NCBI GenBank assembly: GCA_963422735.1
Contig: OY730476.1
Location: 1,600,001-1,664,000 of the forward strand
DNA: 64,000 bases
Source of the DNA: Candidatus Latescibacterota bacterium
GTDB taxonomy: Bacteria > Latescibacterota > UBA2968 > UBA8231
Reading direction: 5' to 3'
In this document: positions 18,010 through 28,062 of the stretch, piece after piece
Layout of the letters: each line of letters starts with the position of its first letter
Position numbering within the stretch: the stretch's first letter is position 1
Notes under the pieces: model-generated
The model's input: the letters and a program-made list of their open reading frames with translations, nothing else
The model's database searches: none
What the model was told of the DNA's origin: nothing
Made by a program: the position numbers and the translations under genes

Positions 18010-19404
18010 TTACCCGCGTCCTAACACCCTCGCCGGCAGATACGTAGCCAGCTCCGGCACGAACCACAGCCCCACCAACAGCAGCACCTGAATCGCGATA
18101 AAGGGCACGACTCCCCGGTAGATCTGCGGCGTGCTGATCTGAGGGGGAGCGACGCCGCGCAAGTAAAAGAGCGAAAAGCCAAACGGGGGCGTGAGAAAAG
18201 AGGTCTGCAAATTAAGGGCGATCATCACGCCCAACCACACGGGATCCAAGCCCATCGCCAAGAGGATCGGGCCGACGATGGGCACGACGACGAAGATGAT
18301 CTCGAAGAAGTCGAGAAAGAAGCCGAGCAAAAACATCACGACCATCACCAGCGCGAAAGAGCCGACCACGCCGCCGGTCACCTCATGGGTCAGAAAGTGC
18401 TCGACCGCTTCGTCGCCTCCGTAGCCGCGAAAGACCAACGAAAACGCGCTCGCGCCGATGAGGATGATAAAGACCATGGCGTTAATCTCGGTGGTGGTGC
18501 GCATGACTTGTTTGAGCGCGGCGCGGTTGAACTGCCCTTTGGCCAGCGCCAAGAGCATGGCCCCCACCGCGCCAACTGAAGCCGCCTCAGTCGGCGTAGC
18601 CACTCCGAAGAGGATGGAGCCGAGCACCCCACAGATGAGGACTAACGGCGGCACGAGCGCTGCGCCGAGGCGGCGGAGGAAAGCCGCGCTGAGAATTTGC
18701 ACGCGCTCCTCGGCCGGCACGGCCGGCACGGCGGCTGGTTTGAACAGGCCGAGACCGACTATATAGAGGATATAGAGACTCATCAGCACGAGGCCGGGCA
18801 AGAGCGCGCCCATAAAGAGGTCCCCGACCGAGACCGAGACCGGGGCGAAGTTGCCCATTTTGATCTGGGCCTGCTGATACGCTGAGGAGACCGTATCGCC
18901 GAGGATGACTAAGACGATGCTGGGCGGGATGATCTGGCCGAGCGTCCCCGAAGCGCAGATGATGCCGGTGGAAGCCGCTGGGGAGTACGCACGTTTGAGC
19001 ATGGCCGGCAGCGAAATAAGCCCCATGGTGACGACCGTCGCGCCGACGATGCCGGTGGAAGCCGCCAACAGGCCCCCGACCAGACAAACCGAAATCCCTA
19101 GCCCCCCGCACAAGCTGCCGCAGAGTTGGGCCATGGTTTCGAGTAGGTCCTCGGCGATTTTCGAGCGCTCTAGCACGACCCCCATAAAGACGAACAGCGG
19201 CACGGCCATCAGGGTCTCGTTGGCCATGATGCCGTAGATGCGGGCTGGCAAAGCCGAGAGAAAAGCCGCGTCAAAGTCGCCGGTGAGGACGCCGAGGCCG
19301 GCAAAGCCGAGGGCTGTACCCGCAAGGCAAAAGGCCACCGGGAAGCCGGATAGCAGCACCGCGAAGGTGCAGAGGAACATGGCCAGCGGCGCGAGTTCGC
19401 TCAT
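18010..19404 (-). CDS. dctM: TRAP transporter large permease
   Basis: AVPLFVFMG, GTLGQIIPPS, ATPTEAAS, LTPPFG; start MSELAP overlaps the dctQ stop. Confidence 0.95.
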   Translation of the reverse strand: MSELAPLAMFLCTFAVLLSGFPVAFCLAGTALGFAGLGVLTGDFDAAFLSALPARIYGIMANETLMAVPLFVFMGVVLERSKIAEDLLETMAQLCGSLCGGLGISVCLVGGLLAASTGIVGATVVTMGLISLPAMLKRAYSPAASTGIICASGTLGQIIPPSIVLVILGDTVSSAYQQAQIKMGNFAPVSVSVGDLFMGALLPGLVLMSLYILYIVGLGLFKPAAVPAVPAEERVQILSAAFLRRLGAALVPPLVLICGVLGSILFGVATPTEAASVGAVGAMLLALAKGQFNRAALKQVMRTTTEINAMVFIILIGASAFSLVFRGYGGDEAVEHFLTHEVTGGVVGSFALVMVVMFLLGFFLDFFEIIFVVVPIVGPILLAMGLDPVWLGVMIALNLQTSFLTPPFGFSLFYLRGVAPPQISTPQIYRGVVPFIAIQVLLLVGLWFVPELATYLPARVLGRG

Positions 19405-19877
19405 TGGGTGCGGAGGGTTTGCACACTGTGGTAAATGATGGCTAGGGCTTGCAAAAACAGCAACGCGAAGCACAAGGGAATGGCGGTTTTGAGCAGATAG
19501 ACCGCCTCCAAGCCGCCGCCGTCTTGGGAGCCTTCGAATACGGCCCAAGAGTCGGCGACAAAGGGCAGCGACTGGTAGAGCAGGACCAAGCAGCAGGGGA
19601 TCAGCAGCAGCAAGCTGCCCAAAAGATCGACTAGGGCCTTGCGCCGGACGCCCAAGGGCCGATAGAGGATATCGACGCGGACGTGCGCGTCGCGCGAGAG
19701 GGTATAGCCGGCCGCGAGGAGGAAAGTAAAGGCATGCATATACAGAGCTATTTCCTGCATCCAGACCCAGCCGCGCCCAAAGAGGTAGCGCAAGATCACG
19801 ATGACAAAGGTCACCAAGACCATGCCCAGCGTCAGCCAAGGCACGGTGTGGGCAATGAAGCGGTTGAGGCGTTCCAT
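19401..19877 (-). CDS. dctQ: TRAP transporter small permease
   Basis: 4 TM segments, HVRVDILY motif. Confidence 0.92.
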   Translation of the reverse strand: MERLNRFIAHTVPWLTLGMVLVTFVIVILRYLFGRGWVWMQEIALYMHAFTFLLAAGYTLSRDAHVRVDILYRPLGVRRKALVDLLGSLLLLIPCCLVLLYQSLPFVADSWAVFEGSQDGGGLEAVYLLKTAIPLCFALLFLQALAIIYHSVQTLRTQ

Positions 19878-19883
19878 CCGGGG

Positions 19884-21008
19884 TCAGCCAAAGGTCAGGG
19901 CGCGGGCCTGAGCATAGGCTTCCTCGGAGATGCGCGTGTACGCGATGGAGTTTTTGCGAAAGGCATCAAACGAGCTATAGACCCGGCTGGAAAAGGGATC
20001 TTGCCCCGCGATCTCGGCTACGACTTCGGCGGCCACTTTGCCGATTTGCGCCAAGAGTTCGTCGGAGAAGCGCCGGAGCTGGACGCCGTGTTCGTCGACC
20101 AACGTCTTGAGGGCGTGGCTATTGCGCGCGGTGAACTCGCTGAGCATGTCGTCGTTGGCCGCTTGGCAGGCGCATGCGACGACGGCTTGGAGGTCTGCGG
20201 GGAGGGCTTCTAAGGCCTGTTTGTTGACCATGCACTCTAGCGCTGTCCCCGGCTCGTGCCAGCCCGGCCAGTAGTAGTATTTGGCGGCTTGGTGCAGCCC
20301 AAAGGCGAGATCGTTGTACGGGCCGACCCATTCGGTGGCGTCGATGGCACCGGTCTTGAGAGCTTGGAAGATCTCGCCACCGGGCAGGGCTTTGACCGTG
20401 ACTTCAAGGCGGCGCAGGACCTCACCGCCCAAACCCGGCATCCGCATGACCAAGCCGGAGAAGTCGGCTAGGGTGTTGATTTCCCGGTTGAACCAACCGC
20501 CCATCTGCACGCCCGTGTTGCCGACGGGAAAGGCCCGGAGGTTGAACGGAGCGTAGAGTTCGTCCCACAGACTCTGGCCGCCGCCATAGCGCAGCCAGCC
20601 GTTGATCTCGGCCGCGTTTAGCCCAAAGGGGACGGCCGAGAAAAATTGGGTCGCCTCGTGCTTGCCCTTCCAGTAGTAAGCGGCTCCGTGGCCCATCTCG
20701 GCGGTGCCGCCGGAGACCGCGTCGAATACGCCCGAGGCCGGCACCAGCTCACCCGCGCCGTACACTTTGACGTGCAGGCGTCCCTCGGACAGGGCCGCAA
20801 TGCTGCGGGCGAGGTTGTTGGCCCCGGTGCCCAAGGCCGGAAAGTCCTTGGGCCACGTGGTGACCATCTTCCATTTGAAATGCTGTTGGGATTGGACGGC
20901 AGGGGCTGCTTGCTGTTGGGATTCGCCACAGGCGACCAAGGTGCCGGCCGCAAGGAGCGGGGCGCGTTGCAGAAAGGAGCGGCGCGAGCGTGGTGCAGAA
21001 TCGTGCAT
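19884..21008 (-). CDS. dctP: TRAP substrate-binding protein (TakP-like, 2-oxoacid type), Tat signal
   Basis: SRRSFL Tat motif, WKMVTTWP, GNTGVQMGGWF, DATEWVGPYND. Confidence 0.92.
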   Translation of the reverse strand: MHDSAPRSRRSFLQRAPLLAAGTLVACGESQQQAAPAVQSQQHFKWKMVTTWPKDFPALGTGANNLARSIAALSEGRLHVKVYGAGELVPASGVFDAVSGGTAEMGHGAAYYWKGKHEATQFFSAVPFGLNAAEINGWLRYGGGQSLWDELYAPFNLRAFPVGNTGVQMGGWFNREINTLADFSGLVMRMPGLGGEVLRRLEVTVKALPGGEIFQALKTGAIDATEWVGPYNDLAFGLHQAAKYYYWPGWHEPGTALECMVNKQALEALPADLQAVVACACQAANDDMLSEFTARNSHALKTLVDEHGVQLRRFSDELLAQIGKVAAEVVAEIAGQDPFSSRVYSSFDAFRKNSIAYTRISEEAYAQARALTFG

Positions 21009-21015
21009 GGAAATC

Positions 21016-21696
21016 TCAGCTTTTGTTGATCAGGTGGCAGGAGCCGTCGTCTTGGCCGACGATCACGAGGTGGGTCATCCCGACAAAAAGCCCGTTTTCC
21101 ACGACTCCGGGCAAGGCGTTGAGCCAGCGCTCGGTGGCGTGGGCGTCGTCGATTCCGGCGGGAAAACGAGCGTCGATGACGTAATGGCCGTTGTCAGTGA
21201 CATACGGGATGTCCGGGGCGCGCAAGCGCAAGGCCGGGGCGAGGCCCCGCTCTTTGAGGCCCCGCGCGACGAGGGGATGGGACCAAGGGACGACCTCGAC
21301 CGGCAGCGGGGCCTTGGTGCCGAGCTGATCGACTAGCTTGGATGGATCGGCGACAATGATTTGGCGCGCGGTGATGGAGGCGACGACTTTCTCGCGCAGG
21401 AGCGCACCGCCGAGGCCCTTGATTAAGTCGAGGCTGGGATCGACCTCGTCGGCCCCGTCGATGGTCAAATCGACGCTGGACACCTCGGCGAGCGTCGTCA
21501 GTCCAATGCCGAGGGAGCGGGCCAAGGCGGTCGTAGCTTCCGAGGTGGGGATGGCTTTAGCCGCTAGCCCGGCCGCGACGCGTTCCCCGAGGGCGCGGAT
21601 GGCCCACTCGGCGGTCGAGCCAGTGCCTAGCCCCACGATCATACCGGCTTCAATGTACTCGGCGGCGCGGCGGCCTGCGGCTTCTTTCGGAGTCAT
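21016..21696 (-). CDS. rpiA: Ribose-5-phosphate isomerase A
   Basis: GLGTGST, DGADEVD, IKGLGGALLREK, TDNG, PGVVENG. Confidence 0.97.
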   Translation of the reverse strand: MTPKEAAGRRAAEYIEAGMIVGLGTGSTAEWAIRALGERVAAGLAAKAIPTSEATTALARSLGIGLTTLAEVSSVDLTIDGADEVDPSLDLIKGLGGALLREKVVASITARQIIVADPSKLVDQLGTKAPLPVEVVPWSHPLVARGLKERGLAPALRLRAPDIPYVTDNGHYVIDARFPAGIDDAHATERWLNALPGVVENGLFVGMTHLVIVGQDDGSCHLINKS

Positions 21697-21708
21697 GTCT
21701 CTATCAAT

Positions 21709-22176
21709 TTACAGGCGCGTGCAATAGTGAATCTGGCGAGCGACTTCCTCAAAGCCGAGGCTGGGATACAAGTGTGCGCCGATGGGGTTTTGCGCCAGCG
21801 TCTCGATCTTGGCGCACTCCATACCCTCGGCGCGCAAATGCGCTAGCCCGCGCTCTATAAGCTGGCGGCCCATGCCCTCGCCTTGGCGGTGCGGCAGGAC
21901 GGCGATGTTGGGAATCCCGCCGATTTTGCTCTCGCGGTCGATGCGGGTGGTGATGTAGCCGACAACCTCGCCGTCTTCCTCCCACACAAAAACGCCGCTT
22001 GCCCGCTCGCCGGCCACATCGTCGTCAATGTGGCGCAGCTTGCGAAATTGCCAGTCGCGCTCGCCGATTAGCCCGAAGCGCTGCTCGATGTTGTGATCGA
22101 TGGATACCCCGGAGAAGCAAACGGCCGTGACGCGCTTGAGCGCGGGCAAGTCCTCTGGGCGATAGGGGCGGATCAC
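21709..22176 (-). CDS. GNAT family N-acetyltransferase
   Basis: VLPHRQGEGMG acetyl-CoA motif, LYPSLGF; GTG start at 22176. Confidence 0.85.
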   Translation of the reverse strand: MIRPYRPEDLPALKRVTAVCFSGVSIDHNIEQRFGLIGERDWQFRKLRHIDDDVAGERASGVFVWEEDGEVVGYITTRIDRESKIGGIPNIAVLPHRQGEGMGRQLIERGLAHLRAEGMECAKIETLAQNPIGAHLYPSLGFEEVARQIHYCTRL

Positions 22177-22190
22177 GGGAAGTTTAGCTT

Positions 22191-25100
22191 CTAGGTGGAT
22201 GCGGAGATCTGCAACAGCGCTGGGTTCGGGGCGGCCTCGCGCCCGGCTAGCAACTCGGCAGCCCGCTTTTTGGCCGCCTCCATTTTGGGCTGCCGAACGC
22301 CGCGGTAGCCGCGCACCTCCTCGGGCAGGGACAGGACTTGCACCCAAGTGTCGTACTCGTCTGCGGAGCGCGGGGAAAAATCGGCGAGCAGGCTTTCGTA
22401 CCAAGCGGCAAAGTCGCGCTCTTCGCGGTGCCACCACGAGGAGCAGAGCCGACGGAGGAACTTCATGCGGGCGATCCACTTCAGCGGCCCATCGCCCAGC
22501 TTGAGATCCGGGCGGAAATCGCGGCCCAACAGGCGCAGATGCGGTCGATTTAGATGGCGGTAGCGGATGCGGTCGCCGCGGCCTGGGTCGATGTTGTAGC
22601 GGCGGCGGTCGCGGCGGTACTTTTCCTCGCAGGTGAGCAAATAGGCCACGTATATTTCGTCCTTGATGGCGAGGACCTTGGCGAGTTGGTAGATGACCGC
22701 GCGGGTCGCCGCGAAACTGTACTCAGGTCCGTCTTTGGCCTGCACGGCGAGCACTTGACGGATATAGCGGTCAGCGTACGCAAGGTCTTCGTACTGGATC
22801 AGGTCGTACACTCGCAGCGCGAAGTGCCGCCGCGCTGCGACGATGGGCATCTCGCGGATGCGTTGGCGGTAGCCCTCGGCGACGCGCTTGCCCCGCGTCT
22901 GGGCCAGCAGCGCAATTTTGTCGGCGACGAGTTCGGCGTAGCTAAGTGGTTTTTCTTCGACCGGAAAGTGGTTAGGATTGAGCGCCAGATACCGCCCCAT
23001 GTTAAAGGCTTTTAGGTTGGTCTCGAGGTCGCGGCGCACGGCCCGGCCTATGGCCCACAGCAAGGTGTCTAGCTCTAGGAAGAGCAACCCGCGCTGGAAG
23101 GCTACGCCGAGCATCATGATGTTGGCGTAGAGCTTGTTGCCCAAGTAGTGCTCGCAGATGCGGAAGAGATCCGCTCCGAAGTACGCGTCTTGGCGGGTGT
23201 GTTGGCGGATGAGGTCGGTTTGGGTCTCAGCCGAGAAGTCCTCTTGGCCGATGAGGGTGTCGATCGTGGGGGTCTTGGCGGTATTGACGATGGCTGCGGT
23301 GCGCTGCGGGTGGGCGATGCGATAGCGGCCTTGGGGTTCGAGGCCCCGCGCCGCTTCGAGTACGTCGAGTCCGAGGAGCAAGTCGGCCTTACCGCAGGGA
23401 ATCAGCGGGGAAACCGGGGTTCCCTTGGGCGCGTAGCTCAAATGCGAATAGACCGAGCCGTTGCGGATGGCCAGCCCCTTCTTGTTGGTCAGCCGCACCT
23501 CGTAGCCCTGCCGCACCCCGGCTTGCGCCAGCACTGAGGCCACCACGTTGACGCCCATGCCACCGACTCCTGCTATATAGGTGTACCAGATGTCGGCGAG
23601 GGGGTGGGATGTGGGTGCGGGCAACTCACCGACGTCAATGGGAGGGATAGAGACGGTGGGGGGGGCTTGGCGATAGACGGTGATCTCCTCAAAGGAGGGA
23701 CAGGTTTTGTCGCCATCGCCGACTTCGACCCGGGTACAGGCACCGTCGGCAACGCAAGAGGAAGGATCGATGGCGATCTTGGGGCCGTACTCGGTGGCGG
23801 ATGCGACCGTCAGGCCGCTGCACCCGGTGGCGCGGGTGCATTCGAGGCAGTACTCGCAGACATCTTCGCTGATGTTGATGTGCTTTTCGGCCGGCAGGAA
23901 GCCCCGTTCTTTTGCGATCGCGCTCTGGTGCGCCCGCTCACGGCGGTGGTAGGTGATGCCGCATTCCTTGTCGGCGATGATGATTTTAACCCCGTCGCGG
24001 AGCAAGGTTTCGCGAACGAGGGCGTCGTAGTCTTGGCGTTGGGATGGGTCCATGCGGGCGATAAAGGTCGGCGAGTCGCCCGCTAAGCCAGCGACGGTCT
24101 TTTCAATATCTTGGGCAAAGGTCGGTTTGCCCAAGACGTCGACGTCCACGCCCGGGGTGGGCTGGTGTCCGGTCATGGCCGTAGTCTTGTTATCGAGGAT
24201 GATGTAGGTGATGTCTTGGCCGTTTTTGATGGAGTCGGAGATGGCGATCATGCCGGTGTGGAAGAAGGTCGAATCCCCCATGAAGACGAGCTGTTTGTTG
24301 TCGATGAAGGGATCGATGCCCGCACCGGTGCCGCCGCCCAAGCCCATGCCGGAAAGATTGTGCATCAGCTCGGAAAACGGCGCGTACTTGAGCATGGAAT
24401 AGCAACCAATATCGCCGTGGAAGACCAAATCTACCGGAGCTTGGCCCTCAGGCGGCGCAGCTAGGTCGGCCGAGGCTTTCTTGAGCACACTGGCCGAGTC
24501 GCGGTGCGGGCACCCCGGGCAGAAGGAGGGTGCGCGCGGCGGAACGGCCGTGGTGGCGGGCACGGGGGCCAAGGCGTCGAGTTCGGCCTGTAGTTTCTCG
24601 CGGTCAATAGGTAGCTCGGCGTCCAGTGCGGCGAAGAGGCGGGATAGGTCTTGAATGATGAGCGAGGGATGCAGACCCTGGACATCGGGAAAGCCCGGGG
24701 CGTTGCCCGGGAAGCGCTTCCCCCACAGCGCAGGGCCGAGGTCTTTTTGCCGCGCTAGCTCGGTGGCGACCTGCGGCTCGATAAAGGGCCGCTTTTCCTC
24801 GACCACGCAGAAGGCCTGCACACAATCGGCAAAGCGCGCGATCATGTGGGGATCGGTTGGGTAGGTAATGCCCAGCTTGAGGATGGGGAAGTGCCCGCTC
24901 AACCCGAGGATGTGCAGGGCGTGTTCGAGATAGCTATACGCCAAGCCGGAGGTGATAAAGCCCAGCGGCTTGGGGGCTGCGCTCGGAGGATAGAGGATTT
25001 GGTTGATGCCCGCCTCCCGCGCTAGCTGCCATAGGCGGGGATAGCGCTGGTGTACTACTTCGCGCTCTTTGTGCGCCGTGGCCGGCGGGATGATGACGCG

Positions 25101-25739
25101 GTCGTCAGAGCAAATAGCACTGGTGTCCAGCGCGATGCGCTGCTTGCGGTTGAGGACGGCAAAGCGGTTGGGATAGACACTGACGCTGCCGCCGCCGTCG
25201 GCTTGGTTGGAGGTGACCAGATAGGTCAGATAGAGACGCGAGCGCCGCGACAGCTCAAAACCCTTCCCGACCCAGTCTTTGATCTCCTGAAAGGTCGCGG
25301 GTTCGAGGACCGGCATGTAGAGATGCTGGGACAGAAAGCGCGAGTCAGCCGGCACTTGGGTCCCCTCGGACCAAGTGTCGTCGCCCACGGCGACTAGGGC
25401 GCCCCCGCTGGGCGATGCACCGACCATGTTGCCGAGGGCCAACCCGTCGGCCGCCACGTGCAGACCGACGCTCTTCATCACGGCCAAGGCGCGGATACCC
25501 TCCATCTGCGAGCCGTTGAGGCGGGCGGCGGCGAGGGCTTCATTGTTGGCGATCTGAGCGACGATGCCGTGTTCGTTAAAGAGATCCTTATTGTTTTCGA
25601 GGGTCTCGAAAAGCTCGGCCAAGGGCGAACCGGGGTACCCGGTGATGACGCCGACTTGGCTTTCTAGGGCACCCTTGACGATCAGCTCGTTGCCGGTGTA
25701 AATGCCCGTGCCTTGTTCGAGTGAGAAGCGAGGATCCAT
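22191..25739 (-). CDS. Fused indolepyruvate/2-oxoacid:ferredoxin oxidoreductase (alpha-ferredoxin-beta)
   Basis: TGYPGSP, FCPGCPHR, GDIGCY, MGDSTFFH, TAMTGHQP, ferredoxin Cys cluster, GVGGMGV, KDEIYVA. Confidence 0.92.
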   Translation of the reverse strand: MDPRFSLEQGTGIYTGNELIVKGALESQVGVITGYPGSPLAELFETLENNKDLFNEHGIVAQIANNEALAAARLNGSQMEGIRALAVMKSVGLHVAADGLALGNMVGASPSGGALVAVGDDTWSEGTQVPADSRFLSQHLYMPVLEPATFQEIKDWVGKGFELSRRSRLYLTYLVTSNQADGGGSVSVYPNRFAVLNRKQRIALDTSAICSDDRVIIPPATAHKEREVVHQRYPRLWQLAREAGINQILYPPSAAPKPLGFITSGLAYSYLEHALHILGLSGHFPILKLGITYPTDPHMIARFADCVQAFCVVEEKRPFIEPQVATELARQKDLGPALWGKRFPGNAPGFPDVQGLHPSLIIQDLSRLFAALDAELPIDREKLQAELDALAPVPATTAVPPRAPSFCPGCPHRDSASVLKKASADLAAPPEGQAPVDLVFHGDIGCYSMLKYAPFSELMHNLSGMGLGGGTGAGIDPFIDNKQLVFMGDSTFFHTGMIAISDSIKNGQDITYIILDNKTTAMTGHQPTPGVDVDVLGKPTFAQDIEKTVAGLAGDSPTFIARMDPSQRQDYDALVRETLLRDGVKIIIADKECGITYHRRERAHQSAIAKERGFLPAEKHINISEDVCEYCLECTRATGCSGLTVASATEYGPKIAIDPSSCVADGACTRVEVGDGDKTCPSFEEITVYRQAPPTVSIPPIDVGELPAPTSHPLADIWYTYIAGVGGMGVNVVASVLAQAGVRQGYEVRLTNKKGLAIRNGSVYSHLSYAPKGTPVSPLIPCGKADLLLGLDVLEAARGLEPQGRYRIAHPQRTAAIVNTAKTPTIDTLIGQEDFSAETQTDLIRQHTRQDAYFGADLFRICEHYLGNKLYANIMMLGVAFQRGLLFLELDTLLWAIGRAVRRDLETNLKAFNMGRYLALNPNHFPVEEKPLSYAELVADKIALLAQTRGKRVAEGYRQRIREMPIVAARRHFALRVYDLIQYEDLAYADRYIRQVLAVQAKDGPEYSFAATRAVIYQLAKVLAIKDEIYVAYLLTCEEKYRRDRRRYNIDPGRGDRIRYRHLNRPHLRLLGRDFRPDLKLGDGPLKWIARMKFLRRLCSSWWHREERDFAAWYESLLADFSPRSADEYDTWVQVLSLPEEVRGYRGVRQPKMEAAKKRAAELLAGREAAPNPALLQISAST

Positions 25740-25775
25740 GGGCCTATCTAAGAGGGTTGGAGAATGAACGCAAAC

Positions 25776-25803
25776 ATAGTACGGGGTCTGGGGCAGTTGT
25801 CAA
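25776..25803 (-). promoter_or_regulatory. Sigma70 promoter of the oxidoreductase-GNAT-rpiA-TRAP run
   Basis: TTGACA-N16-TACTAT on the minus strand. Confidence 0.6.
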
Positions 25804-25832
25804 GTCGGCCCGCTCGCACCGGCCCGGCGGCC

Positions 25833-26378
25833 TCACGCTTCGGCATTGAGCCAGTAGCGCTGGTATTCCTCTAAGAAGGTAAGGGTCTGCAGATCGGCCA
25901 TGCGGTCTGGGAAGAGTACGCCGTCGAGATGGTCAATTTCGTGCTGGAGGACGCGGGCGAAAAGCCCCTCGGCCGCCTGCTCCACCGCTCGCCCTTCGCG
26001 GTCGTAGCCCTGGACCTCGACGGCTGCCGAGCGCGGGACAACGCCGCGCAATTGGGGGATGCTCAAGCAGCCTTCCCAGCCGTCTAGGCGCGCTGGCGAC
26101 AGGGCGGTAAACTGCGGATTGAAGAGCACGGTCAGCGGGATGGCGGCCTCGTCTTGGGGGCCGGATTGGTCGGCTGCGGGGTCGCCGAGGACGATCAGCC
26201 GCAAGGGTTCAAATACTTGCGGCGCAGCCAAACCAATGCCCTCGTAGTCGATCATGGTCTCGATCATGTCGTCGATTAAACGCTGTATCTGGGCACACTG
26301 TATCTGGGCAGGGGAAATCTCTGCGGCGCGCTGGCGCAGCACCGGATGCCCCATCTGCGACACCTTGCGAATGGCCAC
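25833..26378 (-). CDS. def: Peptide deformylase
   Basis: GIGLAAPQ, EGCLS, QHEIDHLDG. Confidence 0.97.
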   Translation of the reverse strand: MAIRKVSQMGHPVLRQRAAEISPAQIQCAQIQRLIDDMIETMIDYEGIGLAAPQVFEPLRLIVLGDPAADQSGPQDEAAIPLTVLFNPQFTALSPARLDGWEGCLSIPQLRGVVPRSAAVEVQGYDREGRAVEQAAEGLFARVLQHEIDHLDGVLFPDRMADLQTLTFLEEYQRYWLNAEA

Positions 26379-26382
26379 GGCG

Positions 26383-26970
26383 TTACGGCACTTGGGGGGG
26401 AGCCCCCGAGCGACAGCAGCGAAACCCCACTAAGTCGAGGTGGTACTCGGGGCCGAGGAACCGGCCGTAGCGGGCGTCGGCCCGGGCTAGGTTGACGCTG
26501 TGGAAAAAGGAGCCACCGCGCACGATCCGCCAGCGATCGGCGCGCGAATACCAAGATGCGGTCCACTCCCAAACATTGCCGAGCATGTCATAGACCCCGT
26601 AGGCGTTGGTGCAGCGTTCATACGCGCCGCTGCGTGCTAGGCCCGGCCCGCGCTGCCAGATCCCATCAACGGCAAAGCGCGTATTGCAGCGCCCCAGCTC
26701 GAATTCCGCGCCATAGGAGTACGCGAAATTCTGCGGCCCGGTGCAGGCTTTCTGCCATTCCTGTTCGGTACACAGCCGCTTGCCCTGCGCCGCGCAGAGC
26801 GATTCCGCTTCGCCCCAAGTGATGTCGACTGTGGGGAGGGTGCCGCGCTGGTTGGGATACTCGTAGATGTCGATGTAGAAGTCCGGGCCGATCCATACCA
26901 TGCCTTCTTCGTCGGCCGCGGTCAGTGCCGGCAAGGCAAGCAAAAAGCAGAGGGCTAAGAGCTTATTCAT
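26383..26970 (-). CDS. Formylglycine-generating-enzyme (SUMF1/FGE-sulfatase) domain protein, secreted
   Basis: RLCTEQEWQKAC, YDMLGNVWEW, RGGS, GFRCC; signal peptide. Confidence 0.88.
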   Translation of the reverse strand: MNKLLALCFLLALPALTAADEEGMVWIGPDFYIDIYEYPNQRGTLPTVDITWGEAESLCAAQGKRLCTEQEWQKACTGPQNFAYSYGAEFELGRCNTRFAVDGIWQRGPGLARSGAYERCTNAYGVYDMLGNVWEWTASWYSRADRWRIVRGGSFFHSVNLARADARYGRFLGPEYHLDLVGFRCCRSGAPPQVP

Positions 26971-26976
26971 GGCTAC

Positions 26977-27771
26977 TCATTCCGCAAATTGCACCGCGCC
27001 AAAGCGGTCGGGGTGGTGAAAACCGCGCTGGTAGGTCTCGCTCCAAGCCGTGTATTCGGTCTGCTCGTGGTAGTGCTGTTGGAGCGCGTCTGCGTCTTGG
27101 AGGTCGTTTAGGCGGCTTTTTAGATTGCGCCCGCCCTTGCGTTCGATGCGATAGAGGTTGAGTCGCCAGACATCGCCTGCTGTCGGGCGCGCACCGCCGG
27201 TGACGCTATCCGCTAAAGCGGCCCAGGGAATGGCGATTTCCGCGGTCCAGCCCCAATCGAGCGCGAGCGAGTCGTTCACTGTGCCGTACGCTCGGACTGC
27301 TGTTTTAAGCCCGGCGATATCCCAGTCTTTGGACGAGTGCCACTCGGGCGACACCGAATAGATCAGCAAATCAACGACCACATTGAGCGGATTGACCTCC
27401 AGCTCTAGGTAGCGTTTGCCATCGCCGTCGGGATCGATAAAAATTTCCACGACTTCCTCTCCCCATAGCGGATCGTCTTCCTCTTCGTAAATGGCCCACA
27501 TGTCCGCATCCTGACAGACGAAGGCAAAGTAAAAGTAGTCCCCATCCCACAGCATTTTCGCCCGCGTGGGAAAAAGCACTTCGTCGTAATCGTTGAGGAT
27601 GCGCTCAAAGCGGTTGATTTGATGCGCCCTTTCCCACGAGAATTCGTCCAATTTGCCATCGACGACGACCGGTTCGAGAGCGCGCTGTACTGCGTACTGC
27701 GCCTGCGGGCCTACTTCGGCGTATGTTGCGAGTGGAAAGGCGACGAGCGCGAGAATCGTCAAGAAGCGCAT
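26977..27771 (-). CDS. Carbohydrate-binding family 9-like secreted protein
   Basis: VDGKLDE, EVVEIFIDPDGD, ELEVNP, WTAEIAIPW, WRLNLYR, FHHPDRFG. Confidence 0.85.
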   Translation of the reverse strand: MRFLTILALVAFPLATYAEVGPQAQYAVQRALEPVVVDGKLDEFSWERAHQINRFERILNDYDEVLFPTRAKMLWDGDYFYFAFVCQDADMWAIYEEEDDPLWGEEVVEIFIDPDGDGKRYLELEVNPLNVVVDLLIYSVSPEWHSSKDWDIAGLKTAVRAYGTVNDSLALDWGWTAEIAIPWAALADSVTGGARPTAGDVWRLNLYRIERKGGRNLKSRLNDLQDADALQQHYHEQTEYTAWSETYQRGFHHPDRFGAVQFAE

Positions 27772-27821
27772 ACATTCTCCTTAATTTTAGGGGACTGAAT
27801 ATACGAAAATCGCGCGGGCGT

Positions 27822-27856
27822 AAAAGGGGCGATACCAAGCTGGCACCGCCCCTTTG
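27822..27856 (-). terminator. Rho-independent terminator downstream of glnA
   Basis: AAAGGGGCG...CGCCCCTTT hairpin flanked by T-tracts. Confidence 0.55.
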
Positions 27857-27917
27857 TATCGTTTGTAGATAATTAACTACTGATGTTATGCAGTTTGCCG
27901 TCCAAGGCGTGGTTTCG

Positions 27918-27998
27918 CCCTGCCTCTTTCGCGGGAATGACGAGCCTTGGGTTCGAACCTCGGTCCGGGCGGGGGTCATTCCTGTAGAAACAGGCTTC
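27918..27998. repeat. Degenerate REP-like palindromic element
   Basis: GCGGGAATGAC ... GTCATTCCTGT inverted arms and CCTGT-agaa-ACAGG mini-hairpin. Confidence 0.35.
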
Positions 27999-28062
27999 AC
28001 CGCGCCTTTAAGCGTGACATCCAGCGGGAGGTCGGCCCCTACTGCGTAACGTCAGTATTTGT

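Noticed and set aside
19405-19839. N-terminal extension of the 609-aa dctM ORF suggesting a DctQM fusion
   Set aside because: It overlaps dctQ in another frame; the true start is MSELAP at 19404.
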